Origin: Nitrospirota bacterium
Lineage (GTDB): Bacteria > Nitrospirota > Nitrospiria > Nitrospirales > Nitrospiraceae
Length of the DNA stretch: 64,000 nucleotides
Direction of reading: 5' to 3'
Assembly (NCBI GenBank): GCA_963701855.1
Contig: CAVPBK010000014.1
Span: forward strand, 32,001 to 96,000
A program made the position numbers and the translations under genes. Under the pieces are notes generated by a model. It made no database searches, was not told the DNA's origin, and saw nothing but the letters and a program-made list of their open reading frames with translations. Below, in pieces: positions 30,194 to 40,407 of the stretch (position 1 is the first letter of the stretch; each line of letters begins with the position of its first letter).

Positions 30194-30564
30194 AGGTTCT
30201 GCAAGGCTCTAATAAATCAATATCTTGCCAAGCCTTATAGCAGTTCTCCAGGAAATTTCCCACAACCTCCATGCGTGCGCGGGCCCCGCGGACAGCAGGA
30301 GTGCAGGAGTTGATGGTCTATGAGGAGGGGAGCGAATGGTGTATAGCGGGAAGGGGGTGAAGAGAAGCGCTGATGGCGGGAAAGAAAGACCGTCGTTAAC
30401 GTGAAGCGTATTTCGTTTCAGATCAGACTCACCAAAGGGATGAACGACCAGAGGGGAGAGCCGAACGGCGAACCGACAGGCAGGCAAGCCCCGCGCCGAA
30501 AATGTTAGATTGCAAGACCCGACCAGATTTTTGACATGTGCGGTGGAGGAGTTAGTTGTCGAGT

Positions 30565-31668
30565 TTATTCCGCTTCTTCTGCGTACTCGTCGAGCACAGT
30601 GTCTGAGAGATGGGCGACATGCTTTTGCCCTGCCAGCTCACGCAAACTGTCATAGGACAGGTATGTGCAGCTTTCAGCGAGTGGGCCTTTTTCGAGCAGA
30701 GAAAACACAGGGCGGCGTATCTCTTGGAAGACCTTATCTCGCTTGGCGATAGGGGCAACTATGTGAAGTTTGATGTCCATGTTGGGTTGAAGAGCCAACA
30801 GATCTGCCATTCTCAGGAGGCCGGAGTAAACGGCAGTCGTGTGCTCAACCTCGAATGCGCGGACGATAGATCGACCACGTAGCCATATAACATCGATCTG
30901 TTCGATCGTGCGAAGTGTGGTGTCGTCGTAGTTGAGCGGTAGGCGCTCTAGTAAGAGTTGGCCATCGTTCTTCCACTCCTTAAGCACGCCACCGCGGTCG
31001 GCGCGGGGGAGCCAGATGGACATGCCCATTCGTGCTCCGATCTGAGCGATGAGGGATTGGATTCGAATTGACTCTCGGGCTTCTGCTTCCTGCGGCGCTG
31101 ACACATCTTCAGTGGGAGCTGCATCTTCAGGAACAGATACTGTGACTACTTTGTCAGGCCGGTTGACAGTGTGTGTTGCTAATTTCTTCCGCTCGGCTTC
31201 GTCAAGCGCATAGACCTGGTGGGAATTAGCCTGTGTGGTCAGCGCATCCGCCAAGAACTTGCCGTCCTTATCGTCAAGCTTAACAAGGCTACCGCGGACC
31301 TTGCCGGTCCACCCAATGGACCCCTTCTCAAGCGATCGAGTGAACGAAAGGCCATTCCATACTTTGTCATCGTGAATGGGGAGTGCTTGGTCGATTGGTA
31401 GCCACACCTTGGGTCGGACGCGGAAGCGAACAACAAAAGGGTCGTTCTCTGGAAGGAAGATCGGCTTGTTATCGATGAAGGGGCCTTCAAGGATCTCGAG
31501 AAGTCCGCACCAGCGCGACACTCGAGTTACGTAGCACGCAAACATGTCGCCTGGCTTGATTCGATCAGCCATTCCCTTGTGCCGCATTCGGAAGCCTGAT
31601 ATGTCTTGGGTCGAGCGGCCGAAGGCTTCATACGTTTCAGGTGAAAAAAGATCGATGTAGTAAGCCAT
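30565..31668 (-). CDS. EVE/PUA-like domain fused to a PD-(D/E)xK-type endonuclease domain
   Basis: N-term RIKPGDMFACYV...PF...RFRV (EVE-like); C-term IDVIWL...AFEVEHTT. Confidence 0.72.
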   Translation of the reverse strand: MAYYIDLFSPETYEAFGRSTQDISGFRMRHKGMADRIKPGDMFACYVTRVSRWCGLLEILEGPFIDNKPIFLPENDPFVVRFRVRPKVWLPIDQALPIHDDKVWNGLSFTRSLEKGSIGWTGKVRGSLVKLDDKDGKFLADALTTQANSHQVYALDEAERKKLATHTVNRPDKVVTVSVPEDAAPTEDVSAPQEAEARESIRIQSLIAQIGARMGMSIWLPRADRGGVLKEWKNDGQLLLERLPLNYDDTTLRTIEQIDVIWLRGRSIVRAFEVEHTTAVYSGLLRMADLLALQPNMDIKLHIVAPIAKRDKVFQEIRRPVFSLLEKGPLAESCTYLSYDSLRELAGQKHVAHLSDTVLDEYAEEAE

Positions 31669-31960
31669 AGTGCTATTGGGCGATATCTAGCTATTAGGTC
31701 TGCCGCAGTCTACCCGTATAGCATAGCAAGGCGGTCTCAGGAGTCTGTTGTGGGGGAGTCTACTGCAAAGTCCAATGCGTATCTACTGCTCATCATCAGA
31801 ATGGTCCGTCTAAGCTCGCTCGTTACCCCTTCCTCTTTCATTTCATGTTTCGAGCTTCTTTCTCCTTCCCTCGCAGGAAGCCCGGATTGCTCCCTCACCG
31901 CCCGCATCTTTTATTAGCCACCCCTTTCCCCACGACTTTCTTTATAAAAGGGTATCCGTG

Positions 31961-32157
31961 GTGGTCCCACTGCGCCCGTTGAGCGAGCACATTCTGATCG
32001 TGCGCGCTCCGGGAGCAGTGGGCCACACTGATTTTCTTAATCGCTCTTTTTCCCTCCGCAGGGGGTAGCCCGGTTGAATCCCCCACTGTGCGCGTCCAAC
32101 GAGGGCCTTCCGAGGCCGCGCGTTGCGCGAGCAAAGGGGGTTCACCGGACACCCCCC
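31961..32157. repeat. Two tandem copies of a stem-enclosed ~51-nt intergenic repeat
   Basis: Cores CCACTGCGCCCGTTGAGCGAG...GCGCGCTCCGGGAGCA and CCACTGTGCGCGTCCAACGAG...GCGCGTTGCGCGAGCA, each within its own inverted repeat. Confidence 0.8.
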
Positions 32158-32236
32158 TCTCTATTGACTGCCCTTTCCCCCCGCTCCTATAATCCCCTCA
32201 AGTTTCTTCCTACAACGCGCTGATTCAGCTAGCAAA

Positions 32237-32734
32237 ATGGCAGAACTTACGCACTTCAACGAGTCGGGACGGGCGAGGATGGTCGATGTTAGCGCGAAAG
32301 ACTCGACTGAACGGGTTGCGACAGCTCAGGCTACAGTCTTTCTCCAGCCGGAAACCCTTGAAAAAATTCAACGGGGCAAGATTGCCAAAGGCGATGTCTT
32401 GTCCGTCGCGCAGGTGGCTGGGGTAATGGGAGCCAAGAAGACTCCGGACCTCATTCCCATGTGCCATCCGATTCTTCTCACCAGCGTTGATATCTCATTC
32501 AAAGAAGAGACTCGGCCGGATCGGGAAGGCCGCTGCTCGATCACCATTCTGGCAACGGCTAAAACGACGGGGCCAACCGGGGTGGAGATGGAAGCGATGA
32601 CCGCGGCCTCGGTGGCGGCGCTCACGATCTATGATATGTGCAAAGCAGTGGATCGCGGGATGAGCTTCAGTGACATCTGCTTACTTTCAAAATCTGGTGG
32701 GAAATCAGGATCATTTACAAGGCAATACGGTTAA
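32237..32734 (+). CDS. moaC: Cyclic pyranopterin monophosphate synthase MoaC
   Basis: ARMVDVSAK, LIPMCHP, TGVEMEA, IYDMCKAVD. Confidence 0.97.
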   Translation: MAELTHFNESGRARMVDVSAKDSTERVATAQATVFLQPETLEKIQRGKIAKGDVLSVAQVAGVMGAKKTPDLIPMCHPILLTSVDISFKEETRPDREGRCSITILATAKTTGPTGVEMEAMTAASVAALTIYDMCKAVDRGMSFSDICLLSKSGGKSGSFTRQYG

Positions 32735-32762
32735 TACTTCAAGTAAATATTAAGGATATTTA

Positions 32763-33464
32763 GTGGTCACGGTTCGCCTCTTTGGGATGACGAAAATGAT
32801 GGCAGGGAATCAGGGAACATTGTCCCTGGATCTCGCCAATGGTAGTCGGGTGAAAGACCTCATCAGCGGATTAGAAACTGGGTACCCCGCTATCGGGGAG
32901 CTGATTCAGAAGAAGAAGATTCTGGTGTCTGTGAATCAGGAGGTCGCCCACGAGGAGACGGAAATTCGAGACGGCGACGAGGTGGCGTTGTTGCCTCCTT
33001 TTGCCGGTGGAACATTCACAATGAATGATACACATGACGACACCCAGTTTGTCCGTGTGCAGCGGGAAGATTTTTCCGTCGATGCGGAGATCAATCGGGT
33101 GCGAGGCAAGTCGAAGCGCATCGGTGGCATCTCGATTTTTCTCGGAACGGCACGCGATCGGTCCAAGGGCCGCGAGGTAGATAGCATCACCTTCGAGCAT
33201 TATGAAGGGATGGCTCAAGCGAAACTACGCGAGATCCGCGAGCGGGCGTTGAAGGATTTTGACATCATTGAGGTTGCGATCCTCCACCGGTATGGCGAAA
33301 TCGGCATCGGCGATAACATCGTGTTGATTGTCGTGGGGGCTGAGCATCGGGCCGAAGCGTTCCGCGCCTGCCAGTGGACAATCGATGAATTGAAACGAAT
33401 TACGCCGATCTGGAAACTTGAACACACGCCGGAAGGCGAAGTCTGGGTTGAGGAACACCCCTAG
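32763..33464 (+). CDS. moaE: Fused molybdopterin synthase MoaD-MoaE
   Basis: GDEVALLPPFAGG (MoaD end) in frame with FEHYEGMA, LHRYG, HRAEAF, PIWKLE (MoaE). Confidence 0.9.
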   Translation: MVTVRLFGMTKMMAGNQGTLSLDLANGSRVKDLISGLETGYPAIGELIQKKKILVSVNQEVAHEETEIRDGDEVALLPPFAGGTFTMNDTHDDTQFVRVQREDFSVDAEINRVRGKSKRIGGISIFLGTARDRSKGREVDSITFEHYEGMAQAKLREIRERALKDFDIIEVAILHRYGEIGIGDNIVLIVVGAEHRAEAFRACQWTIDELKRITPIWKLEHTPEGEVWVEEHP

Positions 33465-33503
33465 GGACGTGAGGGGCAAGGCGTAAAAGGCGAACCAAGA
33501 GTT

Positions 33504-34568
33504 ATGAGTGAATCATCAAAAGATACTGTTCAAGCTGCCGTTGCTGATGTTTTCGGACGGCCCTTGCGCAGTTTGCGTTTGTCCGTGACGGATCGGTGCA
33601 ATCTCCGTTGCTCGTACTGCATGCCGGAGGAGAACTATGTCTGGCTGCCACGCGAGGATGTGCTGACCCTTGAAGAAATGGCGATACTGACCGGCTATTT
33701 CACCGACCTCGGTGTAGATCGTGTGCGGATAACCGGTGGAGAGCCATTGCTTCGACGTGGTTTATCCGGGCTGATTCGCCTGTTGCGCCAAAATCAGCGA
33801 GTAACGGATATCGCCATGACGACGAACGGCATTCTTCTGGCAGACTATGCTGAGGAGCTGTATGAGGCAGGGCTACACCGTATCACGGTCAGTCTCGATA
33901 CGCTGAGACCGGAACGATTCCATCAACTAACCCGTCATGATGAGCATGCGCGTGTATTGGAAGGGATTACGTCGATGACTCGCGCAGGGTTCATCGGCCT
34001 GAAGCTCGATACGGTGGCGATTCGGGGTTTCAATGACGATGAGCTGGTCGATCTGATCGAGTTCGGCAAGCAAGTGCAGGCAGAGGTTCGGTTTATCGAA
34101 TATATGGACGTCGGTGGGGCGAATGAGTGGTCTCAAGAAAAAGTGTTTTCCCGATCCGCGATGCTGGCGACGCTGAGTGCCCACTATGGGACAATCGAAC
34201 CGATGCCTGAGCGGGGGGCTGCGCCGGCACAGCGATTTCTGCTGCCTGATGGGACGATCTTTGGGATTATTCCTTCGACGACCACGCCGTTCTGTGCGAC
34301 GTGCGATCGCAGCCGTGTCACTGCCGATGGCATGTGGTACCGCTGTCTGTATGCGACGACGGGAACGGATTTGCGCAAGTCCCTTCGCGCCGGCGCCTCG
34401 GATGACGAGATACGGGCCTTGATCCGCGCCGGCTGGGAAAGCCGTCGTGATCGGGGTGCGGAAGAGCGCAAATTGCTTGAACGGGATGGGTTGCGTGTCG
34501 GGGGGCTCATCGGTATTGAAAAGCTTCGCGAAGACCCCCATCTCGAAATGCATGCTCGAGGCGGCTGA
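33504..34568 (+). CDS. moaA: GTP 3',8-cyclase MoaA
   Basis: LSVTDRCNLRCSYCMP, TGGEPLLR, FCATCDRSR, C-terminal GG. Confidence 0.96.
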   Translation: MSESSKDTVQAAVADVFGRPLRSLRLSVTDRCNLRCSYCMPEENYVWLPREDVLTLEEMAILTGYFTDLGVDRVRITGGEPLLRRGLSGLIRLLRQNQRVTDIAMTTNGILLADYAEELYEAGLHRITVSLDTLRPERFHQLTRHDEHARVLEGITSMTRAGFIGLKLDTVAIRGFNDDELVDLIEFGKQVQAEVRFIEYMDVGGANEWSQEKVFSRSAMLATLSAHYGTIEPMPERGAAPAQRFLLPDGTIFGIIPSTTTPFCATCDRSRVTADGMWYRCLYATTGTDLRKSLRAGASDDEIRALIRAGWESRRDRGAEERKLLERDGLRVGGLIGIEKLREDPHLEMHARGG

Positions 34569-34618
34569 CGTCCTATCTGCTGTTAACACTTGTGTCGGCT
34601 GATCCCTGTTGATCTCTC

Positions 34619-35326
34619 ATGCTGGACACTGAATTCCTGACCATTTTAGGACTTGGGTTGGTGCTGGGGCTTCGCCATGCCTTGGACACAGACCATTTAG
34701 CTGCCGTATCCACGGTGCTGGCGCAACGGCCTTCGCTCCGCGCATCCGGTATGATTGGATTTAGCTGGGGGCTTGGGCATACAGTCGTTTTGCTGTTGGC
34801 CGGGGCAGCGGTGTTGGTGCTTCGTGTATCGATTCCTGAACCTTTCGCGTTGGCGGCTGAGTTCGGTGTCGGCGTCATGCTCGTGTTTCTCGGCGGAATA
34901 CTCGCGGTGCGGTTAGTCCGGGAACGCTGGCACGTGCATACGCACGACCATGATGGTGAACGGCATGTGCACCTGCATAGTCATGCGCTGGCCAAAGATC
35001 ATGGGCATATACACTGGTGGCGTGATTCCATTCGACCGTTCTGTATCGGCATGGCCCATGGTCTGGCCGGGTCAGCGGCATTGTTGTTGATCGTGCTGTC
35101 GTCTGCGCGATCGGTGCCGGAAGGGCTACTCTATATTGCGGTGTTCGGGTTTGGCTCGATCATGGGGATGGTGCTGGTCGGGATAGTCGTGAGCCTTCCA
35201 GTCTTGTGGTCGCTGAACATCGGGCGGCCTGTTTTTCTTGCGGTCCAGGGGCTCGCGAGTCTTGGGAGCGTTGCCGTCGGACTGACCATGATGTTTCAAA
35301 TCGCCTTCGGCGGTCAGCTTTTCTGA
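34619..35326 (+). CDS. Nickel/cobalt transporter-like membrane protein (UreH/HoxN-type)
   Basis: GLRHALDTDH, WGLGH, His-rich loop HVHTHDH...HVHLHSH, GMAHGLAGS. Confidence 0.88.
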   Translation: MLDTEFLTILGLGLVLGLRHALDTDHLAAVSTVLAQRPSLRASGMIGFSWGLGHTVVLLLAGAAVLVLRVSIPEPFALAAEFGVGVMLVFLGGILAVRLVRERWHVHTHDHDGERHVHLHSHALAKDHGHIHWWRDSIRPFCIGMAHGLAGSAALLLIVLSSARSVPEGLLYIAVFGFGSIMGMVLVGIVVSLPVLWSLNIGRPVFLAVQGLASLGSVAVGLTMMFQIAFGGQLF

Positions 35327-35515
35327 CGCCTCACCGGCACGGTCAGCGATGGGAAATCTACGTGCGTGATGAGGGCGGCTATGGTATTCTGCCGTCCTCG
35401 TGGTTAGTGAGCGAGACGGGCGGGAAACGCGCGATTTGCAAAGATGACACTTCCGACCTGTCCCGTTTTTCTCGCAAGTCTCGCGAGTCCCGCTTGCGAC
35501 TAATAAGAGTGTGGC

Positions 35516-36352
35516 ATGGCTTGGTTTAAAAAACAGAAAACGGTTGAGCCTGAACCTCCAAAGCGGTCCAAGATCTCTGAGGGGATGTGGCTCAAGTGTA
35601 ATCATTGCCGAGAAATCGTCTATCGCAAAGAAGTCGAGCGTAATAATAAGGTCTGCCCGAAGTGCGATTATCATTTCCCCATTTCTGTCATGGAGCGCAT
35701 TGGGCTCTTGGTCGATCTCGGGACGTTCATAGAGTGGGATGCGGAGATCGGTCCCCAGGATCCGCTGAACTTTCAGGATACGAAGTCTTACAAGGATCGT
35801 GTGAAGGCGCATCAGGGGAAGACCGGCCGTAAAGATGCCATGGTGATCGGCGAAGGGATGATGAACGGCAGGCGTGTGGTGCTCTGTGTGTTTGACTTCA
35901 GTTTTATGGGTGGAAGCATGGGGTCGGTTGTCGGGGAAAAGATCTGCCGGGCGATCGATCGCGCGTTGGAGGCCAGGTTGCCGGTCATTTTGGTTACGAC
36001 CTCCGGAGGAGCCAGGATGCAAGAGGGGATTCTCTCCCTGATGCAGATGGCCAAGACTGCTGCCGCTGTCGCCAAGCTGGGCGAGGCCAAACTCCCGTTT
36101 ATTTGTCTGTTAGCCGATCCCACATTCGGAGGCGTCACCGCCAGTGTCGCGATGTTGGGGGATGTGATTCTGGCCGAACCAAAAGCGCTGATCGGCTTTG
36201 CCGGTCCCCGCGTTATCGAACAGACTATAAAGCAGCAGCTGCCGGATCAGTTTCAGCGAGCGGAGTTTCTGTTAGAGCATGGCATGATCGATATGATTGT
36301 GGAGCGCCGACAGCTGAAAGAAACCCTAAGCACCCTCGTCGCGCATTTTTGA
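35516..36352 (+). CDS. accD: Acetyl-CoA carboxylase carboxyltransferase beta subunit
   Basis: CNHC...CPKC zinc finger, [32 protein letters not shown]. Confidence 0.98.
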   Translation: MAWFKKQKTVEPEPPKRSKISEGMWLKCNHCREIVYRKEVERNNKVCPKCDYHFPISVMERIGLLVDLGTFIEWDAEIGPQDPLNFQDTKSYKDRVKAHQGKTGRKDAMVIGEGMMNGRRVVLCVFDFSFMGGSMGSVVGEKICRAIDRALEARLPVILVTTSGGARMQEGILSLMQMAKTAAAVAKLGEAKLPFICLLADPTFGGVTASVAMLGDVILAEPKALIGFAGPRVIEQTIKQQLPDQFQRAEFLLEHGMIDMIVERRQLKETLSTLVAHF

Positions 36353-36406
36353 GTCCGGACCTTTCATGAAGAATCCTGGCTAGCCTCCCCCCTGCCTGGT
36401 TACACC

Positions 36407-37702
36407 ATGACCTATTCCTCTGCCGTAGCTTATTTGTATCGCCTGCAAAAGCATGGCATTAAACTGGGTCTTACGACGATGACGGCATTGATGGTGCGTC
36501 TCGGCATGCCGCAGACCCGGTACCGTGCATTGCACATCGCCGGCACGAATGGAAAGGGCTCCACCGCGGCCATGGTCGCCGCGATGTTGCAGGCGGCAGG
36601 GCATCGAGTGGGGCTCTACACCTCGCCTCATCTTGTAGAGTTTCGAGAGCGGATACGGGTAAACGGCGAGATGATTACTGAATTGCAGGTGGCACGGTTG
36701 ACCGAACAACTTCAGGCTCTTTGCCAACCGGACCTGTCACCGACCTTCTTTGAATATACGACGGCGATGGCGTTTCAGCACTTTGCCGACTTAGATGTGG
36801 ACATAGCCGTATTGGAGGTTGGATTGGGCGGCAGATTTGATGCCACCAATGTGGTGACACCTATGGCCTGTGCGATCACGACGATTTCTATCGATCATCA
36901 GGAGTATCTGGGGAACACATGTTCAGCGATTGCTTTCGAGAAGGCAGGCATTATCAAGCCGGGGGTGCCGGTGGTGACGGGGAGGCTCGAAGATGACGCA
37001 TGGCGGACGATCGAACAAGTAGCCGGGGAACGGCAGGCCCCGGTGTTTCGGATGAATGAGGATTTTTGCACAGAGGGAGAGACGCCTCAGCAATTTTCCT
37101 ATCGCGGGCCGGGCATGCACTATGACGGACTGACCTGTGCCCTGGAGGGCCGCCATCAACTGGATAATGCTGCCTGTGCGCTGGCGCTGTTGGGGGCGGC
37201 GGCTTCTCAAGGGATTACTGTCACGGTTGAGGCGGTGCGAGCGGGCTTGCGTGCGGTCAACTGGGCCGGACGGTTGGAAGTGGTCGATCGACGTCCGACG
37301 ATTCTGCTGGATGGCGCGCATAATCCTGCTGCCGCAATGGCCTTGGCAGACTATCTCACGCGCTCTGATCGATCTCATCCGTCCCACCCTGTGGTCTTGG
37401 TCCTTGGGATGATGCGTGACAAGGATCATGGAGGCTTTGTCGAACCGCTCAGAGGCCTAGTCGATGAGGTGGTGTTGACGCAGGCGGATCTTCCACGCTC
37501 TGCCACAGCGCAGGAGCTCCAAGCTTCGCTGGAAGGTCTGCTATCTCACCCGCATGTCGTGTCGTCGCTCAGCGATGCGATGGCACTGGCCAAACAGCTG
37601 GCGACGCCGGAAGGTCTGGTCTGTGTGACGGGATCGCTCATGCTCGTGGGGGAGTGCAAGGCATGGCTCCGTGGCTGTGGGCTTTCTCCGCTTCGGGGCT
37701 AG
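36407..37702 (+). CDS. folC: Folylpolyglutamate/dihydrofolate synthase
   Basis: HIAGTNGKGST, YTSPHL, EVGLGGRFDATN, LDGAHNP. Confidence 0.97.
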   Translation: MTYSSAVAYLYRLQKHGIKLGLTTMTALMVRLGMPQTRYRALHIAGTNGKGSTAAMVAAMLQAAGHRVGLYTSPHLVEFRERIRVNGEMITELQVARLTEQLQALCQPDLSPTFFEYTTAMAFQHFADLDVDIAVLEVGLGGRFDATNVVTPMACAITTISIDHQEYLGNTCSAIAFEKAGIIKPGVPVVTGRLEDDAWRTIEQVAGERQAPVFRMNEDFCTEGETPQQFSYRGPGMHYDGLTCALEGRHQLDNAACALALLGAAASQGITVTVEAVRAGLRAVNWAGRLEVVDRRPTILLDGAHNPAAAMALADYLTRSDRSHPSHPVVLVLGMMRDKDHGGFVEPLRGLVDEVVLTQADLPRSATAQELQASLEGLLSHPHVVSSLSDAMALAKQLATPEGLVCVTGSLMLVGECKAWLRGCGLSPLRG

Positions 37703-37703
37703 C

Positions 37704-40148
37704 ATGGGAGGAATCGCGACGCGGCTGTGGATTGGTCTGGTCGGTTGGTTGATGTTGGGAATACTGCTTCCACAGGCCGGGAGTGCTGCAGCGACAACGA
37801 CATCCTCCGAGGGTCCCCCGCTCGATATTAGGGCAGAACGAATCGAGTATCTACCGGAATCAGAAGTCTACGAGGCGGACGGTTCGGTAGTGGTTACCCA
37901 GGGCGCTATCCGTCTGACGGCCGATCACATGACCATTCAGACGTTACCCGGCATATTGATTGCCACGGGCCATGTTCGGCTCACCGATCCCAAGGCCGAT
38001 CTTGTGACCGAACGGTTGGAACTCAACGTGAATACCGAGGCTGGGGTGGTCACTCACGGACAGGTGCATCTCAAATCTACGAATACCTCGGTGGAGGGAC
38101 GTCTTATTCAACGGTTTTCAGAGGAGCATTATCGGGTGAAAGAGGGCCGGTTTACGAACTGCGATGCGCAGGCAGGTGAAACGCCGGCCTGGCGGTTTAA
38201 GTTCAAGGATCTGGACATGCATGTCGGAGACAACGTGGCGTTTACGGGTGGATGGCTCTGTGTGAACGATGTCCCGGTGATTCCGATTCCCACGTTGACG
38301 TTTCCGCTCTCCAGGCGACGCACTGGGTTCCTCATTCCCAATGTGGGGTACGACAATCGTTTTGGTATGCACCTCCAACAAAGCTTCTTTTGGGCCATCA
38401 CTCCTAGCCAGGACCTGACGATTTCCCCGCAATACTATTCGAAACTCGGGTATGGCAGTGATTTCCAATATCGGTATGTGCTGGACAAGCAATCGCGTGG
38501 GCAGTGGTTCGTCAGCGCTTTGCAGCAGACAGAATTGCCGGGCGTGTCCGGCGCGAGCCAGACGGGACAGGATGCGCACCAGGCTCGGGCTCTGATCATC
38601 GGGACCCATACACAGCAATTCACGCCGGACTTGTTGCTTCGTGTAAAAGCCAACCTGGTGACCGATGCGAACTATCTGCAACAACTGAGTAACTCGGGGG
38701 CCCAGCGGGCTCTTCCCAGCACCGAGTCGAGCCTTTTAGCGAATCAACGTCTGGCTTTCGGAAACACGTATTTGCTTAGTCAGTACCTGCAGCCGTTGGG
38801 ATCGGGAGGAGTAGATACGTTTCAGCGCCTGCCGGAAATCGGCTACAGTCTGCCCAATCTCCCATTATTCAATTCGCCGATCTTGCTAGGCACGGATACA
38901 AATTTCGTAAACTTTTATCGTGAACAGGGATTTACCCAGAATCGAATCGATCTTTTGCCTGGACTGTCGACCGACGTCCTGGATTTCGGCCACATAGTGG
39001 GTATAACGCCTCAAGTGAAAGTGCGCGAAGCCTACTACACGCGAGGGGTACAAAGTTCTGAAAGCCAGCATCGTGAGACATTTTGGGCTGGGCTTGATGC
39101 GACATCGAAGCTGAGTCGCCGGTTTGGAACGAGCGAAGGCAATACCTTGCTGCATACCATTGAGCCCAGCGTGATGTATGAATATGTCCCGCCGACCGCA
39201 CAGGAGCAAATTACTCAGATCGATCAGGTCGACAATCTGCCGAAGAAAAATCTGATGACCTATATGCTCCGCAACAGGCTGTTGGAACAAGATGGCAAGA
39301 GCAGCTTTAATTGGCTCGACTTCACGCTGGCTCAGAGCTATCAGGTCGGGGCGGTACAGACGCAGGCGCGCAATTTCACATCTGGAGCGATTCCCCCGTT
39401 CGGAACCGTGACACAGCCGTTACAGCCAGCGACCACGGCGGTCGAGGGGAAGAAACTTTCCGACCTCTGGATGCGGGTCGTGATCGGCAATACGACTCCT
39501 CAGCTCACGCAGGCTCAGTTAGCTGGCACCGCGGTTGGCCAGGGTGCCTGGATAGTTCCCGGTCAACAGCCTGCCATAAACCAGTATCTGACCGTCGATG
39601 CGTTTTTCGATCCCTACCAAGCGTCAGTGAGTCAATTCAATACCGACTTCAGGGTCCAGCAGTCCAACTACTGGTATCTCCAAGTGGGGCAGCGTTTCAC
39701 GCATGATGGTAATCGCGTGCAACGCGGAGACGTATGGAATCCGATTTCGTTTAGTCAGGTCTACGCCCCAACTCCTGAGATTGAATTTCTCACAGCGGGA
39801 GGGGCGTTTCGTATGCCGTGGGGGTGGACGATTGGGGCAAAGGCTTACTACGATGTGAAGAATGGCAGGAGTCCGGAGTATGATATCGTCGGTTTGTACC
39901 AGAATCCCTGCAAGTGTTGGTCGCTGGGGCTCTATATTGTGGAGTTCCCTGATCGTCAACAGTATAACTTCATGCTCAATTTAACTGGAATTGGATGGAC
40001 TCAAAACTTCGGAACGGCTCTCGTTAAAAATATTCTCAGTCCGTTGCTTATTGGGGAGAAAGGTCTGCCCTGGGCTAGCCCGGGAGGGCCGTACGGGACG
40101 CCACAATCGGACATGCCTCAGCCTGAGATGGGAGGGATTGGACGATGA
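37704..40148 (+). CDS. lptD: LPS-assembly protein LptD
   Basis: Signal peptide, OstA-like N-terminus, FTNC...PAW, RRTGFLIP, beta-barrel, HTIEP, C-terminal CKCW. Confidence 0.88.
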   Translation: MGGIATRLWIGLVGWLMLGILLPQAGSAAATTTSSEGPPLDIRAERIEYLPESEVYEADGSVVVTQGAIRLTADHMTIQTLPGILIATGHVRLTDPKADLVTERLELNVNTEAGVVTHGQVHLKSTNTSVEGRLIQRFSEEHYRVKEGRFTNCDAQAGETPAWRFKFKDLDMHVGDNVAFTGGWLCVNDVPVIPIPTLTFPLSRRRTGFLIPNVGYDNRFGMHLQQSFFWAITPSQDLTISPQYYSKLGYGSDFQYRYVLDKQSRGQWFVSALQQTELPGVSGASQTGQDAHQARALIIGTHTQQFTPDLLLRVKANLVTDANYLQQLSNSGAQRALPSTESSLLANQRLAFGNTYLLSQYLQPLGSGGVDTFQRLPEIGYSLPNLPLFNSPILLGTDTNFVNFYREQGFTQNRIDLLPGLSTDVLDFGHIVGITPQVKVREAYYTRGVQSSESQHRETFWAGLDATSKLSRRFGTSEGNTLLHTIEPSVMYEYVPPTAQEQITQIDQVDNLPKKNLMTYMLRNRLLEQDGKSSFNWLDFTLAQSYQVGAVQTQARNFTSGAIPPFGTVTQPLQPATTAVEGKKLSDLWMRVVIGNTTPQLTQAQLAGTAVGQGAWIVPGQQPAINQYLTVDAFFDPYQASVSQFNTDFRVQQSNYWYLQVGQRFTHDGNRVQRGDVWNPISFSQVYAPTPEIEFLTAGGAFRMPWGWTIGAKAYYDVKNGRSPEYDIVGLYQNPCKCWSLGLYIVEFPDRQQYNFMLNLTGIGWTQNFGTALVKNILSPLLIGEKGLPWASPGGPYGTPQSDMPQPEMGGIGR

Positions 40149-40164
40149 ACAAGTTTTTGCGCGT

Positions 40165-40265
40165 GATGCGCGAGGACTGCTAGTTTTTCTTGTTTACTTG
40201 GTCTACTTGGTTTGTTTGGTTGAATTAGGCTAACCAGATGTACAAAACAAGCTAGATCAACCAAC
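40165..40265. repeat. Degenerate 9-mer tandem repeat forming an imperfect palindrome
   Basis: CTTGTTTAC TTGGTCTAC TTGGTTTGT TTGG ... CCAGATGTACAAAACAAGCTAGATCAACCAA; similar tracts at about 26745-26800 and 42468-42540. Confidence 0.6.
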
Positions 40266-40407
40266 CTCGTCCGTTTCGCCTCGTCATTCTGCTTGCTCTG
40301 GTGGAGTCATGCGCCGGTCCGGCGGATTTGACTCCTCGAAGAGGCCTGGTATACGATGCGGGCCGGTTCAAATTTTTATCATGTACTCAGCGAAGGAGGA
40401 ATCTGAC

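Noticed and set aside
30390..30510. Full attC downstream of the EVE nuclease gene
   Set aside because: An R''-like ATCTAAC is present, but I could not find paired L boxes or a matching R'
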